Assembly (NCBI GenBank): GCA_031552235.1
Contig: JAVBMR010000002.1
Location: forward strand, 200,915-264,914
Length of the DNA: 64,000 nt
Origin: Tidjanibacter sp.
GTDB lineage: Bacteria > Bacteroidota > Bacteroidia > Bacteroidales > Rikenellaceae
Reading direction: 5' to 3'
The notes beneath the pieces were generated by a model. The model worked only from the letters and a program-made list of their open reading frames with translations. It searched no databases and was not told where the DNA came from. The position numbers and the translations under genes are program-made. Of this stretch, positions 48,785 through 56,830 are shown in pieces (the stretch's first letter is position 1; each line of letters starts with the position of its first letter).

Positions 48785-49624
48785 ATGACGTTGATTATGA
48801 AATTATCGATTCAAACTTTATGCGCGGCTGCGGCAAGCATGTCGCTCATGGCTTGCGGCGGCAACAGTTGCGCCTGCAAAACGGCCGACGTACAGTCGGA
48901 AGAGGAAGTAATAGTAGTGGAAGATATGGAACAGGCAAATGAAGTGGTGGTATTGTTCGACGGTACTTCGACAGAAGGCTGGAGAGGCTACAACAAGGAA
49001 AACCTTCCCGGAAAATGGATCGTGGAAGACGGCGCCCTGAAGATCATGGGCGGCGGCGGCGGTGAAGCACAGGGTAAAGACGGCGGCGACATCATCTACA
49101 CCACCAAATTCACGAACTTTAAACTCACTTTCGAATGGAAAGTTGCGCCGGGTTCCAACTCTGGCGTGTTCTTCTATGCCAAGGAGCTCCCGGGCCAGCC
49201 CATCTACATCTCGTCGCCCGAGTATCAGGTTCTTGATAACGAACGCCATCCCGACGCCAAACTGGGCGTTGACGGCAACCGCCAGTCGGCATCGCTCTAC
49301 GACATGATCCCTGCCAAACCGCAGAACGCGAAACCAGCGGGCGAATGGAATACCGGCGGCATCATGGTTTACAAAGGCACGGTTGTTCACTACCAGAACG
49401 ACGTGGCGGTAGTTGAATACCACCTGTGGACACCTGAATGGGATAACCTGATCAACGCCAGTAAGTTCGCGAAGGGCAACCGCAACTGGCCGACTTCCTA
49501 CGAACTGCTGACCAGCAAACTGGGCAAGGACGACGCCGGTAACATCGAAGGCGGTTACATCGGCCTTCAGGATCATGGCGACGACGTATGGTTCCGCAAT
49601 ATCAAGGTCGAGATACTCAAATAA
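48785..49624 (+). CDS. DUF1080 (3-keto-disaccharide hydrolase-like) lipoprotein
   Basis: Lipobox SLMACGG, then GW.....LPGKWIVEDGALK...SGVFF...EYQVLDN...GYIGLQDHGDDVWFRNIKV. An alternative ATG lies at 48797. Confidence 0.75.
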   Translation: MTLIMKLSIQTLCAAAASMSLMACGGNSCACKTADVQSEEEVIVVEDMEQANEVVVLFDGTSTEGWRGYNKENLPGKWIVEDGALKIMGGGGGEAQGKDGGDIIYTTKFTNFKLTFEWKVAPGSNSGVFFYAKELPGQPIYISSPEYQVLDNERHPDAKLGVDGNRQSASLYDMIPAKPQNAKPAGEWNTGGIMVYKGTVVHYQNDVAVVEYHLWTPEWDNLINASKFAKGNRNWPTSYELLTSKLGKDDAGNIEGGYIGLQDHGDDVWFRNIKVEILK

Positions 49625-49643
49625 GGGTACGTTTGGTTTAAAT

Positions 49644-49688
49644 AAAAAGGAACTTACTCAAAAAAGATTGAGTAAGTTCCTTTTTATG
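49644..49688 (+). terminator. intrinsic terminator after the DUF1080 gene
   Basis: AAAAAGGAACTTACTCAA-AAAAGA-TTGAGTAAGTTCCTTTTT. Confidence 0.85.
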
Positions 49689-49787
49689 TTGTATTGCCGC
49701 TTTCAGAATAATATGCAATATTTGCAATGCATTGTCCGCTAATGCGAGATGTTATTTAGTAATAATCCGGCCTGAACTTAGTTTGTT

Positions 49788-50318
49788 GTGAAGAAACTCA
49801 TCCTTGCTGCTATGCTCGTGTATCCAGGGCTTATGTCAGCGCAATCCCGCATTATGTCGAATCACTCTGTCGGACTTAAGACCAATGGACTGGAATATGC
49901 CTATGAGCAGGCGCTCGGGGGTGATTTCTCGATTGTCGGCCACGCCGGAATCGAAGCCAATCTATGGTTGGATTTCATTGAAATGTTCGCTGGCGACAAT
50001 AGTTACAACCTGAACCCTGCGATCTCCATCGAGCCGCGCTACTATTATAATATGGCCCGCCGCCTGCGCCGGGGTAAGGATGCCGGTGGCTTATCTGCCG
50101 ACTTTATATCGTTGGAAACCAAATACATATTCGAGTCCATAGTTCCGAAAAATGAGGGCGCATATTATCCGATTGTTATTTCACCGACATGGGGCCTGCG
50201 CCGGGTGTGGCGGGACAAATGGTTGCTGGAATTCAATGCCGGACTCAATTTCTATCGAGATAAGGATGACACTTCATGTGGGCCGAGGTTAAACCTCAAA
50301 TTCGGGTTTAAATTTTAG
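49788..50318 (+). CDS. putative small outer-membrane beta-barrel protein
   Basis: GTG start, signal peptide MKKLILAAMLVYPGLMSAQS, an alternating hydrophobic pattern and a C-terminal ...LKFGFKF aromatic terminus. Confidence 0.45.
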   Translation: MKKLILAAMLVYPGLMSAQSRIMSNHSVGLKTNGLEYAYEQALGGDFSIVGHAGIEANLWLDFIEMFAGDNSYNLNPAISIEPRYYYNMARRLRRGKDAGGLSADFISLETKYIFESIVPKNEGAYYPIVISPTWGLRRVWRDKWLLEFNAGLNFYRDKDDTSCGPRLNLKFGFKF

Positions 50319-50340
50319 TAATTCTGAACTTTTATTCGCA

Positions 50341-50567
50341 GGAATACTCCTTATCCGGCGAGCGAAACGAATTGTATAGGCCGCGCCGTGGAGCGCGGCC
50401 GCATGGCTGGTGCGGAGGGCTGAACCGACGTAGCAAGCGAGGGTAGAGGCTGCTTGCAGGCTTTGCCGAGCTGCAATGAGGAAAACAATGCGAAGCATTG
50501 TTAACGTCAATTCATCCCCCGCCGGCTGCAGGCCGGAGAAGCCTGACACGATTAAAATGGATAATCC
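50341..50567 (+). repeat. family A-type mosaic repeat (~227 bp)
   Basis: The right end ATTCATCCCCCGCCGGCTGCAGGCCGGAGAAGCCTGACACGATTAAAATGGATAATCC parallels the right half of the 18822-18967 element. Internal hairpins are GGCCGCGC-CGTGGA-GCGCGGCC and AACAATGC-GAA-GCATTGTT. Confidence 0.55.
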
Positions 50568-50580
50568 TATATTATTTTAA

Positions 50581-50810
50581 CCCGTTGTGCATTTAGAAAA
50601 ACGAGGCATTAAAGTCTCATTTGCCTGAGAATCAGCTTTGCTTGCAAAGCTGTCGGCCCGCAGCCACCCGGCGCGGAGGGCCGAATATCTCGCTACCGCT
50701 ACGACATTCATCCTCCGCTGGCTGCGATCCGAAATCACAATGCAAGCATATATATCTTTGTACCAAATGTTTGCAGAATAAACCGCGGCGCATTCTAAAT
50801 GCACAACGGG
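50581..50810 (+). mobile_element. 230-bp MITE with perfect 18-bp terminal inverted repeats and 9-bp target-site duplication
   Basis: TIRs are CCCGTTGTGCATTTAGAA (50581-50598) and TTCTAAATGCACAACGGG (50793-50810). TTATTTTAA flanks both ends directly (50572-50580 and 50811-50819). The interior carries the family A core. There is no ORF. Confidence 0.8.
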
Positions 50811-52115
50811 TTATTTTAACCCCTCAAGCGCGTCGGCGACCACGAAACTGCTGCCGCCCACGAATATCATGTCTTCGGGTTTGGCCTGCCTGCGTGCGTG
50901 CAACATGGCTTCGGCCACAGACGGCGCAACTTCCCCGGTCAGACCGGCTTTTTGCGCGGCTTCCGCCAGCTTCCCGACATCCATCGCCCTTTTGACCGAC
51001 GCCTGCGTGAAGATGTAATGAGCGTCGCGCGGCAGGAGTTCGAGCATTGCGCCCAAGTCCTTGTCCGCGGCCACGCCGAGGATGAAATATAGCTTGTCGT
51101 ACTCTTGGGAGCCGATCTGGCGCATTGTTTCCTTCAGTCCGTGGGCGTTGTGCCCGGAGTCAAGTACTGTCAACGGGTTGCGTCCGACTATCTGCCAACG
51201 GCCGCGCAGTCCAGTTGAACGCGCGGCGGCGGAGCATCCCGCAATGGCCGCACGGTTGCTGATGCTGATGTGCGAATGGTGGTTCAGCATATCTATCGCC
51301 GTGAGCGCAGTTATCAGGTTTTTGCACTGGTAGTCGCCCATAAGGTCAGTCCCGACCTCGAACGTTTCGTGGCTGCCGGAGCGCTCAAAGCTGAAGTAGC
51401 GTATCCCGTCCCCGCCCATGCGGCGGCCGGCGCACTGTAAACGCGCGTCCGCGAAAACTATCGCTGACCCTGCGCCGGCCGCCGCCTTTTCGAATACCGG
51501 GGCGCTGTGCGGGTCGGTTTCGCCGATCACGACAGGTACTCCGCGTTTTATGATCCCGGCTTTTTCGGCGGCGATCTTCTCGGGCGTGTCGCCCAGCAGC
51601 GCCATGTGGTCCATGCCGATATTGGTGATGACGCTCAGCACGGGCGTTATTATGTTGGTCGAATCGAGCCGTCCGCCAAGCCCGGCCTCTATGACGGCGA
51701 CTTCCACGTCGCTGTCGGCGAAGTAGCGGAAGGCCATTGCCATGGTCGCCTCGAAGAACGACATGCGAAGCCGGTTCATTTTGTCGAGATGGGCGGCCGT
51801 GAAACCGACCACATATTCCTCGGGGATCATTACTCCGTCGACCCTGATCCGCTCCCGGAAATCGGTCATGTGCGGCGAGGTGTAAAGCCCGACCCGGTAT
51901 CCGGCCTGCTGGAGCGTCGATGCCAGCATATGCGATACCGAGCCTTTGCCGTTCGTGCCGGCAACGTGTACTGACGCGAAAGACTTGTCGGGGCTGCCCA
52001 GCCAGCGGTTGAACTCCTCGGCCCTTTCGAGGCCGGGTTTATAGGCATCCGCCCCGATATTCTGGAAGTCGGGGAGCATGTTGTACAGTGTGTCGAGCGT
52101 TTCTTTATAGGTCAC
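50811..52115 (-). CDS. folC: bifunctional folylpolyglutamate synthase / dihydrofolate synthase
   Basis: VHVAGTNGKGSV (P-loop) and a Mur-ligase fold. The stop codon lies inside the right copy of the MITE target-site duplication. Confidence 0.9.
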   Translation of the reverse strand: MTYKETLDTLYNMLPDFQNIGADAYKPGLERAEEFNRWLGSPDKSFASVHVAGTNGKGSVSHMLASTLQQAGYRVGLYTSPHMTDFRERIRVDGVMIPEEYVVGFTAAHLDKMNRLRMSFFEATMAMAFRYFADSDVEVAVIEAGLGGRLDSTNIITPVLSVITNIGMDHMALLGDTPEKIAAEKAGIIKRGVPVVIGETDPHSAPVFEKAAAGAGSAIVFADARLQCAGRRMGGDGIRYFSFERSGSHETFEVGTDLMGDYQCKNLITALTAIDMLNHHSHISISNRAAIAGCSAAARSTGLRGRWQIVGRNPLTVLDSGHNAHGLKETMRQIGSQEYDKLYFILGVAADKDLGAMLELLPRDAHYIFTQASVKRAMDVGKLAEAAQKAGLTGEVAPSVAEAMLHARRQAKPEDMIFVGGSSFVVADALEGLK

Positions 52116-52150
52116 AGACAGAAGATTGGTTGAAATTTATTTCTCAAAAA

Positions 52151-52274
52151 GGCAACTATATATATTTATACTAATTCCGCATGCTATCGGATTTTGCAGT
52201 GCAAAATTCGGTCGCACGCCGCCGCCTCAATGCGGCGGGCGACAACTTCGTTGCCCCCATCGCCGGCAGCGTGC
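52151..52274 (+). repeat. family B structured repeat, copy 2
   Basis: TCGGATTTTGCAGTGCAAAATTCGGTCGCACGCCGCCGCCTCAATGCGGCGGGCGACAACTTCG...GGCAGCGTGC aligns along its length with 23821-23947. Confidence 0.75.
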
Positions 52275-52369
52275 GCATTTTGACCTCGGTGCAAACAGGT
52301 ATGTAATTACCAAAAAATATCTTGAAAACTGCCTGTTATCTTTTTTGTAAAAAGAATTCAAGCGGGTTC

Positions 52370-53938
52370 TTATTCCGCTAATCTGTTGCGCCTTTTGAAG
52401 CGGTAGGCGATGAAATACAATATGCCGAGGGCGAAAACATACGAGCATATCCTGGCGATATAGTCGCCATATTTCGCGTAGAAAGTTATATGGTCGTTCA
52501 GGGCCAGCTCGTCCGTGATGGCGGTGCGGATGTCCCATCCCACTTTTTGCTGAATGTCGCCGCGCTGGTTGATGAAGCCCGAAGTGCCTGTGTTGGCGCT
52601 GCGGCCTATGCTGCGGCGGGTTTCGACCGCCCGCAGGCGCGAGTAGAGGAACAGTTGCTTGTGGCCGCGCGTGTCTTCCCACCATCCGTCGTTGCTGATG
52701 ACGAAGAACACCTGCGCCCCTTCGCGGGCATATTCGCCGCAATAGTAGCCGAATACAGCCTCCCAGCATATCGGGACGCCGACCCGCGCGCCTTTAGGCC
52801 CTGTGAAGACTATCGGTTTTTCGTCGATGCCGCGCTGGCCGGTGGGGCCTCCGAGGTCCATGATAAGCCATTCGAGGTGTTTCGTCAGGTTGTAATAAGG
52901 CAGCCTTTCGACACCCACCACGAGCAGCGATTTGTGGTGCAGCTGCGTGACGCTTGTCGTGTCGACCGTGAGCGCCGTGTTGTACGAGTCATACCAGATG
53001 TCGCCATACCCTGCATCCCGCGCGGTCGACGAGATCTTTTCGCCAGGCTGGTATTGGTAAATGGTTTCCGCCCCTGTTATCAGTTGCGCGCCGGGATGGT
53101 TCCGCCACATGAAGTCGCGGTAATTCCGCAGCCTGCCGTCGCGGTTTATGTAGTTTTCCGAAATCTCCCCCGTGAGGGCGGTTTCGGGGAAGACGATGAA
53201 ATCGACGTCCGCCGGTGCCTGGGCCGCCAACCCAAGCATGAGCTCGGTCTCCTTGTCCTCCTGCATCATCCATTTTATGTATGGGTTGATGTTGGGCTGG
53301 ACGACGGTGGCCTTGACCTTAACCCCTTTTTCTTTGTATGTGTAATATCTTATCAACGAGACTGTTATCGGTGCAGCGATGAAAAACGCGACCGCTGCCC
53401 ACTTTGCCGTCCGGCGCGAAGTAATGGCCTCGTAGATGAGTATGTTGACGATCAGCACCCACAGCGATCCGCCGAATACCCCGGTCGTGTCGTACCACTG
53501 CACCAGTTTGATATTTCCGGCGAACCCGTTGCCGAGCGTGAGCCACGGGAACGAGAACTCGCCGATCATGTAAAGGTATTCGCAGGCGATCCAGCCTGCT
53601 ACCAATACGGTATAGGCCAGGGCTTTGGGCGCGCGTTTGCTTACATAGTGGTAGAGCATGAACATGCCGCCGAACAGGACGATAGTGATGCCCACGGACA
53701 GGAAAGGGATGAACGGCGCCGCGAACCACAGCCAGCCCGTCGTGACGGCGCTCCATAGTCCGAACGTGAGCGCCACCCAGCCGGCCATCCTCCAGAATGG
53801 GCGGCGGCCTTTGCCGTACATGGCGCCGATCATCAACAATGGCACAAATCCTGCAAGCATACCAACGCCGCCCATGCCCATCCATCCCATGGACAGCAGC
53901 GCGGCGCTGATCAGCGATAATATCAGTTTTACTTTCAT
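52370..53938 (-). CDS. lnt: apolipoprotein N-acyltransferase
   Basis: 522 aa with a multi-TM N-terminus and a CN-hydrolase domain (FPETAL...; ICWEAVF). Confidence 0.9.
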   Translation of the reverse strand: MKVKLILSLISAALLSMGWMGMGGVGMLAGFVPLLMIGAMYGKGRRPFWRMAGWVALTFGLWSAVTTGWLWFAAPFIPFLSVGITIVLFGGMFMLYHYVSKRAPKALAYTVLVAGWIACEYLYMIGEFSFPWLTLGNGFAGNIKLVQWYDTTGVFGGSLWVLIVNILIYEAITSRRTAKWAAVAFFIAAPITVSLIRYYTYKEKGVKVKATVVQPNINPYIKWMMQEDKETELMLGLAAQAPADVDFIVFPETALTGEISENYINRDGRLRNYRDFMWRNHPGAQLITGAETIYQYQPGEKISSTARDAGYGDIWYDSYNTALTVDTTSVTQLHHKSLLVVGVERLPYYNLTKHLEWLIMDLGGPTGQRGIDEKPIVFTGPKGARVGVPICWEAVFGYYCGEYAREGAQVFFVISNDGWWEDTRGHKQLFLYSRLRAVETRRSIGRSANTGTSGFINQRGDIQQKVGWDIRTAITDELALNDHITFYAKYGDYIARICSYVFALGILYFIAYRFKRRNRLAE

Positions 53939-53956
53939 TTTCGGCCTATTTGGGTG

Positions 53957-53964
53957 TAAAGATA
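53957..53964 (-). promoter_or_regulatory. -7 box TATCTTTA upstream of lnt
   Basis: The plus strand reads TAAAGATA, 19 nt upstream of the ATG at 53938. Confidence 0.35.
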
Positions 53965-53987
53965 GGGAAAGTGTATGGAATTATTAC

Positions 53988-53995
53988 TAATTTTG
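53988..53995 (+). promoter_or_regulatory. -7 box TAATTTTG upstream of the LysE-family gene
   Basis: It lies 36 nt before the ATG at 54031, which supports the shorter start. Confidence 0.4.
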
Positions 53996-54030
53996 TAGTT
54001 TATAAACGGTGTGTAAAAAACGGTGAATTT

Positions 54031-54681
54031 ATGCTGGCGACCCTTCTTTTCAGGGGATTTATCATAGGACTTCTCGCTTCGATCCCTCTGGGGCCGATAG
54101 GGGTGCTGTGTATCCAGCGCACGCTCAGCAAAAACCATAAATCCGGGTTCGTTTCGGGGCTCGGCGCCGCCACGGCCGATACGATATTCGCCACGATAGC
54201 TTTCTTCTCGCTGGCTGTCGTCATGGGCTTCATCGAAACGCACCTCACAATGGTCAAGGTCATAGGGGGAATGTGCGTGATAATCGTGGGGATGAAGATA
54301 TTTTTCTCGAACCCCGTGGTGCAGATACGCCGAAACAGGGCTGGTAAAACGAACCTCTGGCAGGATTATATCTCGGTGTTCTTTCTGACCCTCGCGAACC
54401 CCGCTTTCATTCTGGTGCTGCTGACGCTTTTCGCCGCGTTCGGGGTGAGCGAAGCCGTGATAGGCGAGTTCAACGGCGGGATACTCGTTGCCGGGGTGTT
54501 CGCCGGGGCGGCATCTTGGTGGTTTCTGCTGACTTTCGTGGTCAGCCTGTTCCGCAATAAGTTCCGGCCGCGCCATTTGCTGTGGATGAACCGTATCGCC
54601 GGTGTGGTCATAGTCGTGCTTGGTGCCGCGACGGTACTCACGATGTTCATAAATATTCCTCTCGATGAGTTGCTCCAATAA
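54031..54681 (+). CDS. LysE-family amino-acid exporter
   Basis: MLATLLFRGFIIGLLASIPLGPIGVLCIQRTL... with six predicted TM segments. Confidence 0.75.
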   Translation: MLATLLFRGFIIGLLASIPLGPIGVLCIQRTLSKNHKSGFVSGLGAATADTIFATIAFFSLAVVMGFIETHLTMVKVIGGMCVIIVGMKIFFSNPVVQIRRNRAGKTNLWQDYISVFFLTLANPAFILVLLTLFAAFGVSEAVIGEFNGGILVAGVFAGAASWWFLLTFVVSLFRNKFRPRHLLWMNRIAGVVIVVLGAATVLTMFINIPLDELLQ

Positions 54682-55369
54682 TAAGATAATCATTGCCATA
54701 GACGGCTACTCGTCGAGCGGCAAGAGTACGTTCGCCCGCCGCATCGCGGCACGCCTCGGATATATTTTCATAGATACCGGGGCGATGTACCGCGCCGTGA
54801 CGCTCCATGCGCTGGAGAACGGCGCGGTGGTGGACGGCAGGCTCGACAGGGAGCGCCTTGTGGCGATGCTCGGCGATATGAAAATAGTCTTCGTGTTCAA
54901 TCCGGAGCGTGGCGCGAGCGACGTGTATGTCAACGGCCGCAATGTGGAGGACAGGATACGCTCCATCGAGGTCAGCAACCTCGTGAGCGAAGTGAGTTCC
55001 GTGCCGCAGGTGCGTGAGAAACTCGTTGCGATACAGCAGGAATTGGGGCGCGGCCGTGGTGTCGTGATGGACGGTCGCGACATAGGGACTGTGGTTTTCC
55101 CCGATGCAGAATTAAAGATATTCCTCACGGCCGATCCGGCGGTTAGGGCGAAGCGCCGTTATGACGAACTGGTGGCAAAAGGCGAAACGGTTTCGTACGA
55201 AGAGATAGAACGCAATGTGCGCGAGCGCGACCGCGCGGACGAGACGCGCGAGATATCGCCGCTGCGCAAGGCCGTGGACGCGGTGGTGCTGGATAACAGC
55301 CATACGACCCTCAACGAGCAGATGGAGTGGGTGATGAGCAGGGTCGAAGAAAAACTCGGCCGGCGATGA
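54665..55369 (+). CDS. cmk: cytidylate kinase
   Basis: IIIAIDGYSSSGKSTFARRIA...DTGAMYRAVT...MDGRDIGTVVFP. Confidence 0.9.
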   Translation: MSCSNNKIIIAIDGYSSSGKSTFARRIAARLGYIFIDTGAMYRAVTLHALENGAVVDGRLDRERLVAMLGDMKIVFVFNPERGASDVYVNGRNVEDRIRSIEVSNLVSEVSSVPQVREKLVAIQQELGRGRGVVMDGRDIGTVVFPDAELKIFLTADPAVRAKRRYDELVAKGETVSYEEIERNVRERDRADETREISPLRKAVDAVVLDNSHTTLNEQMEWVMSRVEEKLGRR

Positions 55370-56241
55370 ATGTCGCAATAGACGACCGCTCGGGGTTTTG
55401 CTTCGGGGTGGTGAAGGCCATCACGGCGGCGGAAAAGGCGCTGGCCGACGGAGGGCCGATAGTGTCGCTCGGCGATATCGTCCACAACCCGATAGAGGTG
55501 CAGCGCCTGGGGAAGATCGGGATGAGTTCGATAGGGCACCGCGAGTTGCAGGTCATGAAGGGAGGCCGGGTGCTGATCCGCGCGCACGGCGAACCCCCTT
55601 CGACATACGAAACCGCCCGCGAGAACGGGATATGCGTAGTCGATGCTACATGCCCGGTAGTGGCGAAGTTGCAAAAACTGGTCAGGCAGGCATACGACGA
55701 GATGCGCCTCGCCGGAGGGCAGGTCGTCATACTCGGCAAGAAAGGCCATGCCGAGGTGGAGGGCCTGCTCGGGCAGGTTGACGGCGATGCCGTCGTGGTC
55801 GAGCGAGCTGAAGATATGGCGCAGGTCGATTTCTCGAAGCCTGTTTATGTGCTGTCGCAAACGACCCAAAGCCCGGTGTTTTTTAACGAGATAGTGGACG
55901 AAATGCGCAGGCGGGCGCAGGCGGGGATAACTGTACGCAACACCATCTGCCGCGAAGTGGCCGGAAGGGAAGAGCACATGACCGAATTCGCCCGTTCACA
56001 TGATGTTGTTGTGTTCGTGAGCGGACGGAAAAGCTCGAACGGACGCGCGCTGTTCGAGGTATGCCTCAAGGCCAATCCGCGCAGCCACATGATCGAGCGC
56101 GACGGCGAGTTGCAGCAGGCATGGTTCGCCGGGGCCGGAAGTGTCGGCGTGTGCGGCGCGACGTCCACACCACGCTGGCTGATGGAACGCGTGAGGGACA
56201 GTATAGTGGAAATGGGGAAACAGGCGGAATCCCCTTTTTAG
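55366..56241 (+). CDS. ispH: 4-hydroxy-3-methylbut-2-enyl diphosphate reductase
   Basis: MNVAIDDRSGFCFGVVKAI...IVHNP...DATCPVV...SQTT...NTIC...SSN. The ATG overlaps the cmk stop (ATGA). Confidence 0.9.
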   Translation: MNVAIDDRSGFCFGVVKAITAAEKALADGGPIVSLGDIVHNPIEVQRLGKIGMSSIGHRELQVMKGGRVLIRAHGEPPSTYETARENGICVVDATCPVVAKLQKLVRQAYDEMRLAGGQVVILGKKGHAEVEGLLGQVDGDAVVVERAEDMAQVDFSKPVYVLSQTTQSPVFFNEIVDEMRRRAQAGITVRNTICREVAGREEHMTEFARSHDVVVFVSGRKSSNGRALFEVCLKANPRSHMIERDGELQQAWFAGAGSVGVCGATSTPRWLMERVRDSIVEMGKQAESPF

Positions 56242-56268
56242 TTATTGTCCGGCTTTCTGTGAAAGCCG

Positions 56269-56302
56269 GCGGCCCGCCCTAAAGGGGCGGATGGCGGGCC
56301 GC
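56269..56302 (+). repeat. family C hairpin, copy 2 (GCGGCCCGCC-CTAAAGGGGCGGAT-GGCGGGCCGC)
   Basis: Its centre is identical to copy 1, with compensatory outer-stem changes. It lies 28 nt after the ispH stop and is preceded by the hairpin CCGGCTTT-CTGTG-AAAGCCGG. Confidence 0.7.
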
Positions 56303-56363
56303 TTAATCAATATAGCGGAACAAAAGTCCTAAAAGAAATAACTCGAAAAAATAACCTTATATT

Positions 56364-56828
56364 ATGACCTACCTTAGCCGTGCGACGCACTTTTTTGTTA
56401 AGATAATCGTTGTTATCACATTGGCGTTCGGCGCCATGTACCTGCTCGGATGGCTCGATGTCGAGAGCGGGCAGCTTGTGAACACACTTTTCAATACGCC
56501 CAAGGGCTGGATCGTTATGGTGGCTGTCGTTGCCATATCTGTGATGTACCCTTCGCTGAGTTTCAGCAAGGCGGCGATCCGCGGCAACTTCGCCGAGGAA
56601 ATGGAGATCATGCACAAAGTGCTTACGCTGACAGGCTATAAACTCGTGCGCCAGGATGCCGATCGTTCGGAGTACCGCGCGGCAAGCCTCTGGAAAAGGC
56701 TGCTCAACCAGTTCGACGACCGCATCACCGTCGGCCACGAGGGCAGTTACATAACCGTTTCCGGCCTGAAAAAAGAGGTGCTCAGGATCGAGGGCCTTTT
56801 TACGCAGTACAGGTTAAACGAGGAATAA
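56364..56828 (+). CDS. hypothetical membrane protein
   Basis: 154 aa with two N-terminal TM segments and a soluble C-terminal domain. It lies immediately upstream of the S41 peptidase gene. Confidence 0.5.
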   Translation: MTYLSRATHFFVKIIVVITLAFGAMYLLGWLDVESGQLVNTLFNTPKGWIVMVAVVAISVMYPSLSFSKAAIRGNFAEEMEIMHKVLTLTGYKLVRQDADRSEYRAASLWKRLLNQFDDRITVGHEGSYITVSGLKKEVLRIEGLFTQYRLNEE

Positions 56829-56830
56829 TT

